Part shown: piece by piece, positions 18,692 to 29,625 of the stretch | Layout of the letters: every line of letters starts with the position of its first letter | Numbering within the stretch: position 1 is the stretch's first letter | Assembly: GCA_965203515.1 (NCBI GenBank) | Contig: OZ241907.1 | Coordinates: 4,032,001-4,096,000 of the forward strand | Origin: Spirochaetia bacterium | GTDB taxonomy: Bacteria > Spirochaetota > Spirochaetia > SZUA-6 > Bin103 | DNA length: 64,000 nt | Direction of reading: 5' to 3' | Notes under the pieces: generated by a model | What the model saw: only the letters and a program-made list of their open reading frames with translations | Told to the model about the DNA's origin: nothing | The model's database searches: none | Program-made: the position numbers and the translations under genes

Positions 18692-20650
18692 ATGACGCGC
18701 AGGAAGCTGCCGCTAGCGGCTGCGTTGATCGTGGTCGGCGCGGCGCTGGCGTCCGCGGACGCCGTCCTGCGCCACGGCGCGTCGGTCAGCGAGCGCAACG
18801 CGCTGATCGTCGAGGTGCGGGTGGCGCTGGCGCGCGCGGCGCGGGTGTTCGTCGAGTACGACAACCCGCAGGCCGGCCGCTACCGCACGCCGCTGAGCGA
18901 GCCGGGCGCGGCGCACGCCATCCCGCTCGTCCGGCTGCGCCCGGAGACGACCTACGACTACACCATCTTCGTAGTTGAAGGCTCCGTGGCGGACGGCTCG
19001 GTAGTGCACGGCGCCGCGGATGCGGCCGCCGGGCCGGGCGGCCGGTTCACCACCGGACCGCTGCCGCTGCCCCTCGCCGCCACGTCGATGCAGGCGCGCG
19101 GCAGAAGCTCGCAACCGCTCATCCTGTCCGGTTACCAGCGCGGTGACGGTCACCAGTACTTCGTATTCTGGGATGAAGTGGGCGCAACCGTCTGGTACCA
19201 TGATACCGCGACGGATCGCCCCGGCCCCATCGCTCGGTTGCCGGAGGGCAACTTCCTCTACCTGGACCGCGAGCGGATTACCGAGATCACCCCGCTGGGT
19301 GAGATCGTCGCCCGGATCGAGCAGGGCGGCGAGGGTGGCGCCATGGGGAGTCCCCATCATGAGGTCACCGTGCTTGCCGATGGACGCGTGATCTACCTGA
19401 GCAAGGAGCGCATCGTCTTCGACGATTCGGCGAACGGCGGGCCGGCGGAGGCTGCGTTCAGGGTCGACACGCTGCGCGTCTGGGACCGCGCGAGCGGACG
19501 CTTCGCATGGCTCTGGGACTCCAGGGAGGCATGGGACATTCGGGACCCGGCCCAGCGCGTGCCGGACCCGAACGGCGACGTGACCAATTGGACGCACCTC
19601 AACTCGGTGAGCATCGGTCCGCGCGGCAACGTCATCCTCTCGTCCCGCGCGCGCAATCAGGTGGTCTCGCTCAGCGCCGACCTGCGGGCGATCGAATGGC
19701 AACTGCACGGGCCGGACAGCGATTACCAGTTCCCGAACCCGGCCGACCGGTTCTACGGGCAGCACACCGCGGCGCAGCTCGACGACGGCAACGTATTGCT
19801 GTTCGACAACGGCTATGGGCGGCCCGACGCGGAGGGCGGCGCCTACTCGCGCGCGCTGGAGCTGCGGCTGGACGACGCGACCGGCACCGCGGCGAAGGTG
19901 TGGGAATACCGGCCGACGCCGGATGTCTACTCGGCGAGCCAGGGCAGCGCCTACCGGCTGAGCAACGGCAACACGCTGGTCAACTTCGGCGTGAGAACCG
20001 CCACCGGAGCGCTCGACACCCTGCCGCTGACCGTCGTCGAGGTGGACGCGGCGGGCAACGAAGTGTTCCGGGTCGATACCCGGCAGTGGTATGAATTGCG
20101 CCCGCGCTACCCGCGGCGGTACCGGGCCTACGGCGGCATCGAGTCGATCATGGACGAGACCATGCTGCGACCGCCGGCGGCGGCGCCCGAGCCGTTCGAG
20201 AAGGATTACTACTTGGCGCAGGAACTGGAGCTGACCGGGTTCCGCGCGCTGCAGGCGTCCCTGGACGGCCGGCGGCGCGCCGCCGCCGGGGTGTTCGACC
20301 TGTATCTGGCCGGGGACCGGCTGATGTACGCGAAGGAGCCCTGCGCGCGGGCGGACGTCCGGGCGCGGTTCTTCCTGCACGTCTTCCCGGCCAGCGCAGA
20401 CGATCTGGCCTCCGATGGCGATCTTGCCTCCGGCAGCCGGGAGCAGGGATTCGACAACCTCGATTTCTGGTTCTGGTGGCAGGGAGTGCTCTGGGACGGC
20501 GCCTGTCTCGCAGCCGTGACGCTGCCGGACTACGCGATCGCCGGCCTCCGCACCGGCCAGTTCATCAGGGGGCAGGGCGAGCTCTGGAGCGCGGAGATTG
20601 CGGCGCCGGCCGCGGCGCAGCCGAACGGGCGGTCAGCCGGCAGCGAGTGA
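18692..20650 (+). CDS. ASST-like protein (copy 3) with AAA-derived start MTRRKLP
   Basis: PHHE, WTHLNS, SSR, GQH motifs and the C-terminal module. Confidence 0.82.
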   Translation: MTRRKLPLAAALIVVGAALASADAVLRHGASVSERNALIVEVRVALARAARVFVEYDNPQAGRYRTPLSEPGAAHAIPLVRLRPETTYDYTIFVVEGSVADGSVVHGAADAAAGPGGRFTTGPLPLPLAATSMQARGRSSQPLILSGYQRGDGHQYFVFWDEVGATVWYHDTATDRPGPIARLPEGNFLYLDRERITEITPLGEIVARIEQGGEGGAMGSPHHEVTVLADGRVIYLSKERIVFDDSANGGPAEAAFRVDTLRVWDRASGRFAWLWDSREAWDIRDPAQRVPDPNGDVTNWTHLNSVSIGPRGNVILSSRARNQVVSLSADLRAIEWQLHGPDSDYQFPNPADRFYGQHTAAQLDDGNVLLFDNGYGRPDAEGGAYSRALELRLDDATGTAAKVWEYRPTPDVYSASQGSAYRLSNGNTLVNFGVRTATGALDTLPLTVVEVDAAGNEVFRVDTRQWYELRPRYPRRYRAYGGIESIMDETMLRPPAAAPEPFEKDYYLAQELELTGFRALQASLDGRRRAAAGVFDLYLAGDRLMYAKEPCARADVRARFFLHVFPASADDLASDGDLASGSREQGFDNLDFWFWWQGVLWDGACLAAVTLPDYAIAGLRTGQFIRGQGELWSAEIAAPAAAQPNGRSAGSE

Positions 20651-20729
20651 CGGAAGCCTGCTTCCTTGTCGCCATCGGGCAGGATACGCTGCAGGCATGA
20701 AGCACGCGGTGGCGAGCGACGACCGCATC

Positions 20730-20869
20730 ATCGTCGAAGATGACGACGGCGAGGCGCTCTACCGGCTCGGCTATCCAACCGCGAGGTGCGGCTCGCTCTG
20801 AACGAACTGCTGCGGGCGCTCAGCCGCGAGGCGCGCAACATCGCCGCCTTCGAGGTGGCCCGCGCCTGA
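20730..20869 (+). pseudogene. Collapsed AAA/PD-(D/E)XK remnant
   Basis: VEDDDGEALYRLGYP, EVRLALNE..LLRAL and SREARNIAAFEVARA* pieces joined. Confidence 0.8.
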
Positions 20870-20918
20870 CGCCCCGCCACAGCGCCGGCGTGGTCGAAGC
20901 AGGGGGCCTGCCATCGCA

Positions 20919-23375
20919 CTGAACCGCCGACCGCCGCAACCGCCGCAACCGCCGCAACCGCCGCAGGATACGCCTCGGCGGCTGCCCGGGCGGGACGCGC
21001 TCATTGCGCTCATCGCGTTCGCGGCGCTGGGCGCCGCCGTCCTCGACGACTACGGCATGGGGTGGGACGAGGCTTGGCAACGCAACATCGGCCTGGCGGC
21101 GATCGCCTACGCGCTGGGCGACGCCGGCGCCCTGCCGGCCGACCATAACCGGTACTACGGAGTCGCGTTCGAAGCGCCGTTGATCCTGGTGGAACGGCTG
21201 CTCGGCCTCACCGACAGCCGCGCCGTCTACCTCAGCCGCCACCTGCTGACCCACCTGTTCTTCCTCACCGGCGGATTCTTCTGTTGGCTGCTGACCTATC
21301 GCCTGTTCCGCGACCGCCGGCTGGCGCTGTTCGCCCTGCTGCTGTTCCTGCTGCAGCCCCGCCTGTACGCCCACTCCTTCTTCAACACCAAGGACATCCC
21401 CTTCCTGGTCATGTTCATGATCGCGCTCTACCTGACGCAGCGCGCCTTCCGTCGCGACACCGCCGGGGCGTTCGCGCTCTGCGGGCTGGGCGTGGGCGTG
21501 CTGGTCAACCTGCGCGTCATGGGCCTGCTGCTGTGCGCGGCGGTGCCGGCGCTGCGGGCGCTCGACCTGATCCAGGCGGGCGGGCCGGCGGAGCGGCGGC
21601 GGGTGCTGGCGACCGCCGGGGCGTTCCTGCTGGCCGCGGCGGCGGCCCTGTACGCGATCTCCCCCCATCTCTGGCGCAACCCGCTGGAGCTGATCGACGC
21701 CGTCGTCACGCTGGCGCAACATCCGGCGCGCGTCGCGACGCTGTTTCAGGGCGAGCTGGTACGCTGGCCGGAGATTCCGCCGCACTACCTGCCGACCTGG
21801 ATGGCGATCACCACGCCGCCGGCGGCGCTGCTGCTGAGCGTGGCCGGGATCGTCGCCGTGCTCGGGCGCGGCCTGACCCGCCCGCGCGAGGTCCTCCGCA
21901 ACACCCCCGTCACCCGCTTCGGGGTGCTGCTGGTCGCCTGTCCGGCGCTGTCGATCGCGGCCGTCATCGTAGTGAACTCCACCCTCAGCCACGGCTGGCG
22001 GCACATGTACTTCCTGGCTGCGCCGCTCTGCCTGCTGGCGGTCTACGGCCTGCGCCGGCTGCTGGCCGCCGCGGGCCGGCGGCGGTGGCTGCGGCGCGGC
22101 ATCTACGCGCTGGCCGCGGCGGGCGTGGCCGCGGCGGCGGTCGAGATGGCGCTGATCCACCCGCATCAGATGCGATACTTCAACTTCCTGGTCGACCGCC
22201 GGACCCCGGAATACCTGCGCACCCGGTACGACCTCGACTACTACGGACCGGCGTACCGCGAAGGGCTGGAATACCTGCTCCGGCGCCATCCGCAGGGCAC
22301 GGTCCACGTCGTCCTGGCGAACCGCGGGAGCGGCAATCCCGCCGGCGCCGAACGGCAGACCGAGCGCCTGCCGGTGACCCTGGCCACCCGCACCGCGCGG
22401 CTGCTCCCCGCGGCCGAGCGGCGCCGAATCGTCTTCACCAATCGCGTGGACGACGCGTCGGAGCGGCACTACGTCATCGCCAATCATGCGCGCGCCAACC
22501 ATCGCCGCAGCTTCCCGTTCTCGTCCGTGGTCCATGCGCGCCGCATCTACCACAACACCATCCTCACGGTGGCCGCCCTCGACCCGGCGCAGCTCGACGC
22601 TGCGACCGTTGCGGACTTCCGGGAAGCGTACCGCTCCGCACGGTCGCAGGAACCGGTCGTGGAATCGGACTTCGACCTGTATCTCGACGGCACCACGCTG
22701 ACCTACGTCAAGGATGCCTGCACGGTGGACGACCTGGATGCGGAGCGGTTCTTCCTGCACCTCTTCCCGGCGGACGCCGCCGACCTGCCCGCCTTCCAGC
22801 GGGAGCAGGGGTTCGACAACCTGGACTTCTATCTCTGGGAGGGCGGCGCGCGCCGCGGCGGCGCCTGCGCGGCGGTCGTGGTACTGCCCAACTACCAGTT
22901 CACGCGCATCCGTACCGGGCAGTTCATACCGCGCGGGCCGCAGCTCTGGAGCGTCGAGTTCGCGGCCGGACCGACCGCGCAACGCTATCGGGAGGCGCGC
23001 GCGGCGATCCGCTCCGGCGCCTGGGGAACGCCGGCCGCGCGCGCGGCCTTCGACCTCTACCTCGACCTCGACGGCCGGGTGCTGGCGTACCACAAGGAGC
23101 CGTGCGCGGCGGAGGACCTGCGGGAACGGTTCTTCCTGCACCTGATTCCGGCGGACGCGCGCGACCTGTCTCCGCAGGACCGGTCGTACGGCTTCGGGAA
23201 CCGGGGCTTCTCCTTCCGGGAACATGGGGCGCGGCTCGGCGATGCGTGCGTGGCGCTGGCGCCGTTGCCGGAGTATGAGATCGCCGGTCTCCGCACCGGC
23301 CAGTTCATCAGCGGCGAAGGCCAGCTCTGGAGCGCGGAGATTGCGGCGCCCCGTCGCAGCGCGGGAGAGCCGTAA
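20919..23375 (+). CDS. GT-C membrane glycosyltransferase (copy 4; first ATG 21057 lies after TM1, homologous frame open from ~20919)
   Basis: In-frame LNRR(PPQ)x4 DTPRRLPGRDALIALIAF precedes DDYGMGWDE. Confidence 0.78.
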   Translation: MNRRPPQPPQPPQPPQDTPRRLPGRDALIALIAFAALGAAVLDDYGMGWDEAWQRNIGLAAIAYALGDAGALPADHNRYYGVAFEAPLILVERLLGLTDSRAVYLSRHLLTHLFFLTGGFFCWLLTYRLFRDRRLALFALLLFLLQPRLYAHSFFNTKDIPFLVMFMIALYLTQRAFRRDTAGAFALCGLGVGVLVNLRVMGLLLCAAVPALRALDLIQAGGPAERRRVLATAGAFLLAAAAALYAISPHLWRNPLELIDAVVTLAQHPARVATLFQGELVRWPEIPPHYLPTWMAITTPPAALLLSVAGIVAVLGRGLTRPREVLRNTPVTRFGVLLVACPALSIAAVIVVNSTLSHGWRHMYFLAAPLCLLAVYGLRRLLAAAGRRRWLRRGIYALAAAGVAAAAVEMALIHPHQMRYFNFLVDRRTPEYLRTRYDLDYYGPAYREGLEYLLRRHPQGTVHVVLANRGSGNPAGAERQTERLPVTLATRTARLLPAAERRRIVFTNRVDDASERHYVIANHARANHRRSFPFSSVVHARRIYHNTILTVAALDPAQLDAATVADFREAYRSARSQEPVVESDFDLYLDGTTLTYVKDACTVDDLDAERFFLHLFPADAADLPAFQREQGFDNLDFYLWEGGARRGGACAAVVVLPNYQFTRIRTGQFIPRGPQLWSVEFAAGPTAQRYREARAAIRSGAWGTPAARAAFDLYLDLDGRVLAYHKEPCAAEDLRERFFLHLIPADARDLSPQDRSYGFGNRGFSFREHGARLGDACVALAPLPEYEIAGLRTGQFISGEGQLWSAEIAAPRRSAGEP

Positions 23376-23457
23376 GGCCGGCGGATGAGCGGATGATAGC
23401 CGCGTACCGTTCCGGCTATCATGGCCGGACCGTGACCGCGCCGCATCGAGACGCGCC

Positions 23458-25020
23458 ATGACGCGCCGGAAGCTGCCGACCGGCATCCAGACCTTCCGCG
23501 AGATCCGCGAGGACGACTGCTACTACGTCGACAAGACCGCCTTCATCCTCCGCTTGACGCGGGAGGGCAAGCATTACTTCCTGTCACGCCCGCGGCGGTT
23601 CGGCAAGAGCCTGCTGCTCGACACCATCAAGGAACTGTTCGAAGGCAACGAGGAGCTGTTCCGCGGCCTGTACGTGCACGACCACTGGGAGTGGTCCAAG
23701 CGCCGCCCGGTGGTGCGCCTCGACTTCGGCGCCGGCGACTACCGCGACCCGGCCCTGCTGGAAGCCAGCGTCATGGAGCAGCTCGCCGCGATCGAGCGTC
23801 GCGCGGGAATTGAGCGGCGCGCCGCTCTCACCGAGTACCGCACGGTGCCGGGCCGGCTGGCATACCTGCTGGAAGCGCTGCACGAGCGATCCGGGCAACG
23901 GGTGGCGTTCCTGGTCGACGAGTACGACAAGCCGATCCTGGACGTGCTGGAACACAAGGAGACGGCGCGGGCCAACCGCCGCTACCTGCGCGGGCTCTAC
24001 GCGACCATCAAGACCTGCGACGCGCACGTCGAGTTCACGCTGCTGACCGGGGTGAGCAAATTCTCCAAGGTCAGCGTCTTCTCCGGCCTCAACAATCTGA
24101 TCGACCTCACGCTGGATCCGCGCTATGCGGCGATCTGCGGCTACACCGAGGCCGACCTCGACACGGTGTTCGCGGCAGAGCTGCCGGGCCTGGACCGGGA
24201 GGAGATCCGCGACTGGTACAACGGCTATAGCTGGCGCGGTGACGATCGGGTCTACAACCCGTTCGACATCCTGCTGCTGTTCGACCGCCGGGAGTTCGCC
24301 GCCCATTGGTTCGAGACCGGTACGCCGTCGTTTCTGATCGACATCCTGATCGAGCGCGGCGTCGCCTCGCCGGAGCTGGACGGCATGTTGGCCGGCGGCG
24401 AGCTGCTGTCCGCGTTCGACGTGGACGAGATGGAGCCCGAGGCGCTGCTGTTCCAGACCGGCTACCTGACCATCCGCAGCGTCGAGCGCTCGGCGCGCGG
24501 ACCGCGCTACCGGCTCGGCTATCCCAACCGCGAAGTGCGGCTCGCTCTGAACGAACGCCTGCTGCGGGCGCTGGCGCCCGCCGCGGCGCGCCGGCTGACA
24601 CAGGACACGGCACTGGAGCAGCTGCTGGCGGCGAACGACTTCGCCGGGCTGGAGCGGCTGTTCCGGGCGTTCTTCGCCGGCATCCCGTACGAGTGGCACA
24701 CGCGCAACGACATCGCGCGTTACGAGGGCTATTACGCGAGCGTCTGCTACTCCTGGTTCGCGGCGGTGGGGCTGGACGTCACGGTGGAGGATTCGAGCAG
24801 CCGCGGGCGGGTCGACCTGGCGGTCCGGTACCGGGGCAACGTCTATCTGTTCGAGTTCAAGGTGGTGGAGATGGAGCGCGAGGGCGCGGCGCTGGCGCAG
24901 TTGCAGGAGCGCGGCTACGCGGAGAAGTACCGCGCGCTGGGCGAACCGATCCACCTGCTCGGCGTGGAGTTCAGCCGCGAGACGCGCACCATCGCCGCCT
25001 TCGAAGTGGCCCACGCCTGA
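23458..25020 (+). CDS. AAA-ATPase-like + PD-(D/E)XK nuclease protein (copy 4)
   Basis: Same motifs; small duplication IERRAGIERRA. Confidence 0.9.
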   Translation: MTRRKLPTGIQTFREIREDDCYYVDKTAFILRLTREGKHYFLSRPRRFGKSLLLDTIKELFEGNEELFRGLYVHDHWEWSKRRPVVRLDFGAGDYRDPALLEASVMEQLAAIERRAGIERRAALTEYRTVPGRLAYLLEALHERSGQRVAFLVDEYDKPILDVLEHKETARANRRYLRGLYATIKTCDAHVEFTLLTGVSKFSKVSVFSGLNNLIDLTLDPRYAAICGYTEADLDTVFAAELPGLDREEIRDWYNGYSWRGDDRVYNPFDILLLFDRREFAAHWFETGTPSFLIDILIERGVASPELDGMLAGGELLSAFDVDEMEPEALLFQTGYLTIRSVERSARGPRYRLGYPNREVRLALNERLLRALAPAAARRLTQDTALEQLLAANDFAGLERLFRAFFAGIPYEWHTRNDIARYEGYYASVCYSWFAAVGLDVTVEDSSSRGRVDLAVRYRGNVYLFEFKVVEMEREGAALAQLQERGYAEKYRALGEPIHLLGVEFSRETRTIAAFEVAHA

Positions 25021-25172
25021 CGCCCTGCCACCGCGCCGGCGTGGTCGACTTCCGGGAGTACGGTGTGCTGCCCGGCGGCGCCTGCGACGCGCGCTGCTGT
25101 GCCGGCAGGCGGCGCCGCGCGCCGGCCGTGACCCGGCGCGGCCTGATGCCAAGCCGCCGAGCTAACCCAGCG

Positions 25173-26219
25173 TCAGGTCAGGTGTCGATCGCCGGTCTCA
25201 GACTGCGCGCCGCCCTCCGGCGCGCGGCGCGGCGTCGCGCGCGCCGCCGGGAATCCCAGCCGTTCCTTGACCAGATAGAGCGGGCGCCGCTTCACTTCCC
25301 CGTACACGCGCCCCAGGTACTCCCCCATGACCCCGATCAGCATGAGTTGCGCGCCGCCCAGGAACAGGACGGCGATGAACGTCGCCGCCCAGCCCCCGAC
25401 CCAGGCGCCGGTGGCCAGACGCGCGCCCAGCGCGTAGACGATGCCGGCCAGAGCGAGCCCGGCGGCGCTGACGCCCAGCCACGTCGCCGCCCGCAACGGC
25501 AGCAGGGAGAACGACAGGATGCCGTCCGCGGCCACGCCGACCATCTTCCTGAGCGAATACTTGGTCGTCCCGGCGGCGCGCGGCGCCCGGCGGTAGCGCA
25601 CCGGCTCCTGCCGGAAGCCGGCCCAGGCGATCATGCCGCGCATGAACCGGTCGCGCTCCGGCATCGCCAGGAAGGCGTCGACGACCGCGCGGTCCATCAG
25701 CCGGAATTCGCCGGTGTCGAGCGGGATGGCGACGTCCGTAATGCGCGCCAGGAGCCGGTAGTACGCCCTGGAGGTCCAGCGCTTGAAGGCGGTCTCGCCT
25801 TCGCGGTCGGGCCGCAGGCCGTAGGCGACGTCGACGCCCTGCCGCCAGCGCTCCAGCATCTCGGCAATGATCTCGGGCGGGTCTTGCAGGTCGGCGTCGA
25901 TCACCGCCACCGCCTCGCCGCCGGCTTCGGCCACGCCGGCGGTAAGCGCCATCGGTTGGCCGAAGTTCCGGGCAAGAGCGACCACCCGCACGCGCGCGTC
26001 GGCCGCCTGCAGTCCCCGCAACAGCTCCAGGGTGCCGTCCCGGCTGCCGTCGTCGACGTAGATGATTTCGAATCCGGTCTCCGGTATGCGCTCCAGGGCG
26101 GCCACCAGCCGGCGGTGGGTCTCGGAGATGACCGCCTCCTCGTCGAAGCAGGCGACCACCACCGACAGGAGCGAGCAGTTTCGTACCGCTTGCGGCGGCT
26201 CCGATCTCATCCGCGCCAC
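25173..26219 (-). CDS. GT2 polyprenol-phosphate glycosyltransferase (GtrB/DPM1-like)
   Basis: LSVVVACFDEE, VDDGSRD, RNFGQ, IDADLQDPP, DTGEFRLMDR, two C-terminal TM helices, GEYLGRVY.EVK.RPLY. Confidence 0.9.
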   Translation of the reverse strand: MARMRSEPPQAVRNCSLLSVVVACFDEEAVISETHRRLVAALERIPETGFEIIYVDDGSRDGTLELLRGLQAADARVRVVALARNFGQPMALTAGVAEAGGEAVAVIDADLQDPPEIIAEMLERWRQGVDVAYGLRPDREGETAFKRWTSRAYYRLLARITDVAIPLDTGEFRLMDRAVVDAFLAMPERDRFMRGMIAWAGFRQEPVRYRRAPRAAGTTKYSLRKMVGVAADGILSFSLLPLRAATWLGVSAAGLALAGIVYALGARLATGAWVGGWAATFIAVLFLGGAQLMLIGVMGEYLGRVYGEVKRRPLYLVKERLGFPAARATPRRAPEGGAQSETGDRHLT

Positions 26220-26395
26220 GATAGCAAGCCGCGCGCAGTCTGTTCAAATGCAACGCCGCCCGCCACCCGGCGAGCCGCACGCCGCGCGCCGTCCCGCTTC
26301 ATGGCGTCGGGGAGAGTGGTGTCCGCCCGCCCATGGAGGTTGACGCCGGGCGCCCTTCGCCGTAAGGTCGGGGACACAGTTCAGGTTGAAGTCTG

Positions 26396-27775
26396 ATGGT
26401 CCAGGTGATGCGGTACTCTGTCGTATCGGCGGTAGTCGGCATACTGCTGCTCACGTTGGCAGGTTGCCAGCAGGCGTCGCGTCCGGTCGCAACGCAGCCC
26501 GATCCTGCCCAACCTGCGAGTCCGCCGGCGGCCGAACCGGCAGCGGCGATCACGTGCGCGGACTCGGCGATCCGTCTGCTTGACCGCGGCGCCGGAATCC
26601 ACGGCGCGATCGTATCCGACACGTTGCACCTGGGCGGGGCCACGGCGCCGGTCACGTGCGCGGCGCCGGCGAACCGGTCCGTAGCCGGCGCGTTCGACCC
26701 GGCCGGGCGTGCGGCGTCATCTCATCAGTCCGAGTACTCCCTGATCGTGATTCGCTATCCCGCCGGCACTCGCCTGTACATCATCAGCCGCCGCGCCGAC
26801 GGCACCTCCTGCGTGGTCGATACCAACGACGCGTGCATTGCGGAAGTATCCGACTTGCCGGACGGCTTCGACCTCGATGACCTGCCGGACGACGTGCCGC
26901 CGACCATTCCCGGCGCCCGACCGTGGCTGGAGGCTCCGTCGCAGGCGCCGGAAGCGGCCGGCAACCCGAATCCCCGCGACGGGGCGACCGGGGTGACGGT
27001 CGACGCGCCGGAGCTGCACTGGACCGCGGGCGCGCGGACGGCCAGCTACGACCTCTACTGGGGGACCGGGAGGAGCCTCGGCGCGGACGCTGCCCTGGGT
27101 ACGCCGGTCCGCACTCGTTACACCGCCTGGACCATACGGAGGCCGGGCACGACCGCAGCCGACCGGAGGCTGGCAAGCGCCACGACCTACTACTGGCGGG
27201 TCGACGCGAAGAACGAGCACGGCGCCACCAAAGGTACCGTGTGGTCGTTCACCACGACCGACGATCCCGGCCCGCAGCCGCCGCCGGGCGGAGGTGACAC
27301 GCCGCCGGTAACGCCGCCGGCGGGCGGAGGTGACACGGCGATCACCATATCGATCGCCGATCAAAGCGTTACCGAAGGCAACCGCGGCCGGTTGATCACG
27401 ACCGGGTATACGCCCAGATGGCTGCCGTATCCAACCGGGTACCGGCTCCCGGTGCGGTTGAGTTCGGCCACCCCCCGGCCGCGGGCGGCGCGCTTGACAT
27501 ATCGGTTGTCGGACGGCACGGCGACGTCGGGTGACGATTACGCAGGTGCTCCTATCACTCCCGACCATCCCGAAGCGGCTGACTTTACCAGCGGGTATCT
27601 GCTATTCCCGGCCGGCTCCACTTCGCAGACCGTGAGTATCTATATTGGAGTGATGGGGGACCTTGACGATGAGCCGGACGAGACGTTCACGGTGACGGTC
27701 TCGCCGCCGGCGCCCCTGACGTGCGGTTTGCCGTCGCGGTGTACCGCGACCGTCACCATCGTCGATGACGATTAG
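26396..27775 (+). CDS. Surface lipoprotein with an FN3/Ig-like domain and C-terminal Calx-beta domain
   Basis: Lipobox LAGC, NPNPRDGATGV..YDLYWG..TYYWRVDAKN..GTVWSFTT, SIADQSVTEGN..GTATSGDDY..DDEPDETFTV..ATVTIVDDD. Confidence 0.8.
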   Translation: MVQVMRYSVVSAVVGILLLTLAGCQQASRPVATQPDPAQPASPPAAEPAAAITCADSAIRLLDRGAGIHGAIVSDTLHLGGATAPVTCAAPANRSVAGAFDPAGRAASSHQSEYSLIVIRYPAGTRLYIISRRADGTSCVVDTNDACIAEVSDLPDGFDLDDLPDDVPPTIPGARPWLEAPSQAPEAAGNPNPRDGATGVTVDAPELHWTAGARTASYDLYWGTGRSLGADAALGTPVRTRYTAWTIRRPGTTAADRRLASATTYYWRVDAKNEHGATKGTVWSFTTTDDPGPQPPPGGGDTPPVTPPAGGGDTAITISIADQSVTEGNRGRLITTGYTPRWLPYPTGYRLPVRLSSATPRPRAARLTYRLSDGTATSGDDYAGAPITPDHPEAADFTSGYLLFPAGSTSQTVSIYIGVMGDLDDEPDETFTVTVSPPAPLTCGLPSRCTATVTIVDDD

Positions 27776-27938
27776 GAGCCTCGTCCCCGCTGGCGGGTAG
27801 TCGGCTCGGCCAAGCCCAGGCTTGCCTGATGCCGAACCCGCGCCGCCTGGAACGAGCCCAGGAGGCCCTGAGGGGAGGGAGGGCGTCGTGGTCGACAGTG
27901 GTGCTATCCATCAGGTAGCCTTATCTCAGGAGCGATAC

Positions 27939-29483
27939 ATGATGGGACTGAAACCAGGGTGCTTAAGGAGCGGGCCGGCAGCGATGCTGGCGCTCGCGGC
28001 GGCCGCCGGCATCGCGCTGACGGCGTGCGCGCAAGCGGCGCGGCCGCCCGCAACGACCGGCGCCGCCCCGGCGTCTCCTGCCTCCCCGCCTGAGGCCGAC
28101 CCGCCGCCACAGCAGACACAGCAGGCAGAGAAGATCTGGTCCATCGGGGAGGACGCCTTCGATGACGACGCGAACCTGATCGCAACGTCCAACCGTTCCA
28201 AGCCGTTCGCCTGGGACGGGATCACCGGCGCCGAGGGCGAGAAGGTGACCGTGTCGATCGACGGCAACGACCTGCCGTTCACGAACAAGGCGACCGCACC
28301 GCGCTTCGAGAACGATCTCAGTGGCGCGGAGTGGAGGGTTGACTTCGAAGTCCGTGCGGGAGCGGTGGCGCTCGTGCTCACCGCCCCGAATCAGACGGAA
28401 GCGCTGGACTACGTCGAGTCGGTCAGGATCACGAACCGCGGGAGCGGCTACACCGCGCCCCCGGCCGTGACGTTCGGGGCCGCGCCGGCCGCCGGCGCTA
28501 CAGCCGCCGGCACCGCGGCGGGGCCCGGTCAAGTCGCGTCCGTGATGGTCACGACGCCGGGAGCCGGCTACACCTCGGCCCCCGCCGTCACCTTTGCGGC
28601 AGCGCCGTCCGGCGGCACCACGGCTGCTGCCGCCGCAGTGGCAATCGGTCAAGTCGCGTCGGTGTCGATCACGAACGGCGGGACCGGCTACACCCCGACC
28701 GCAACCGTCGCGTTCGGGGCCCCGCCGGCCGGCGGCACCACGGCTGCCGGCACCGTGTTTGGGCCCGACAGAGTCGAGTCAGTGACGATCACGGAGGCGG
28801 GGAGCGGCTGGACCGCGACGCCCCGGATCATATTCTCGGCACCGCAGCGGCCGGGCGGGACCAAGCCGAGTATAGTCACCGTGTTCCTTTCCGGCGACAA
28901 GGTCGACCGCGTCGGGTTCTATTGGGATGATAGTTTCCGGGGGAGCGGCTACACCTCGCCCCCCACCGTGACCTTCGCCCCGAATGCCGGCGGCGATCCC
29001 GATGGCGGGTCACGCGGCGTTGCGGTGCTGCGCGAGAAGATCGACGGAGTGACGATCACGAGCGGGGGGAGCGGCTATACCTCGGCTCCCGTGGTGTTCT
29101 TTTCGCCATCGCGCAGCGGCACCACGGCGATCGGTACCGCAGTGATGAACTATGACGTGGCGGACGTGACGATCACGAACCCGGGGAGCGGCTACACCTC
29201 GGTCCCCACCGTGACCTTTGCGGCAGCGCCGTCCGGCGGCAGCGCCACCACGGCCGTCGGCACCGCGACGTTGAGAACCGAGGTTACGTCAGTGACGATC
29301 ACGAACGGGGGGAGCGGCTATACTTCGGCCCCCACCGTGACCTTTGCGGCGCCGTCCAGCGGCACCACCGCGACCGGCGTCGCAGTGCTGGCGGAAAGCG
29401 GCAACGATCAGTACCAGAACCTGTTTTGGGCGCGCGACACGCTGTCCGGCAGGCAGCTTCGGGTCCGGGTAGGCGAAGGGTGA
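27939..29483 (+). CDS. Lipoprotein with eight V.IT..GSGYT.APTVTF-type repeats
   Basis: RBS caggag before ATG 27939, lipobox LTAC, ~40-aa repeats, C-terminal DQYQNLFWARDTL. Confidence 0.8.
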   Translation: MMGLKPGCLRSGPAAMLALAAAAGIALTACAQAARPPATTGAAPASPASPPEADPPPQQTQQAEKIWSIGEDAFDDDANLIATSNRSKPFAWDGITGAEGEKVTVSIDGNDLPFTNKATAPRFENDLSGAEWRVDFEVRAGAVALVLTAPNQTEALDYVESVRITNRGSGYTAPPAVTFGAAPAAGATAAGTAAGPGQVASVMVTTPGAGYTSAPAVTFAAAPSGGTTAAAAAVAIGQVASVSITNGGTGYTPTATVAFGAPPAGGTTAAGTVFGPDRVESVTITEAGSGWTATPRIIFSAPQRPGGTKPSIVTVFLSGDKVDRVGFYWDDSFRGSGYTSPPTVTFAPNAGGDPDGGSRGVAVLREKIDGVTITSGGSGYTSAPVVFFSPSRSGTTAIGTAVMNYDVADVTITNPGSGYTSVPTVTFAAAPSGGSATTAVGTATLRTEVTSVTITNGGSGYTSAPTVTFAAPSSGTTATGVAVLAESGNDQYQNLFWARDTLSGRQLRVRVGEG

Positions 29484-29625
29484 TGGCGGTTGGCCGGCGC
29501 GGCCAACCGTCGTCGGCGGCCGGGCGTATTCCCCAAGGCAGGTAGCGATTCGGGCGCCCCGTTCTCACCGGGACCCCGCTCGAGAGCCGGCGCCGCGCCG
29601 GCGCTCGAGCCTCACTCTGGCGGCG

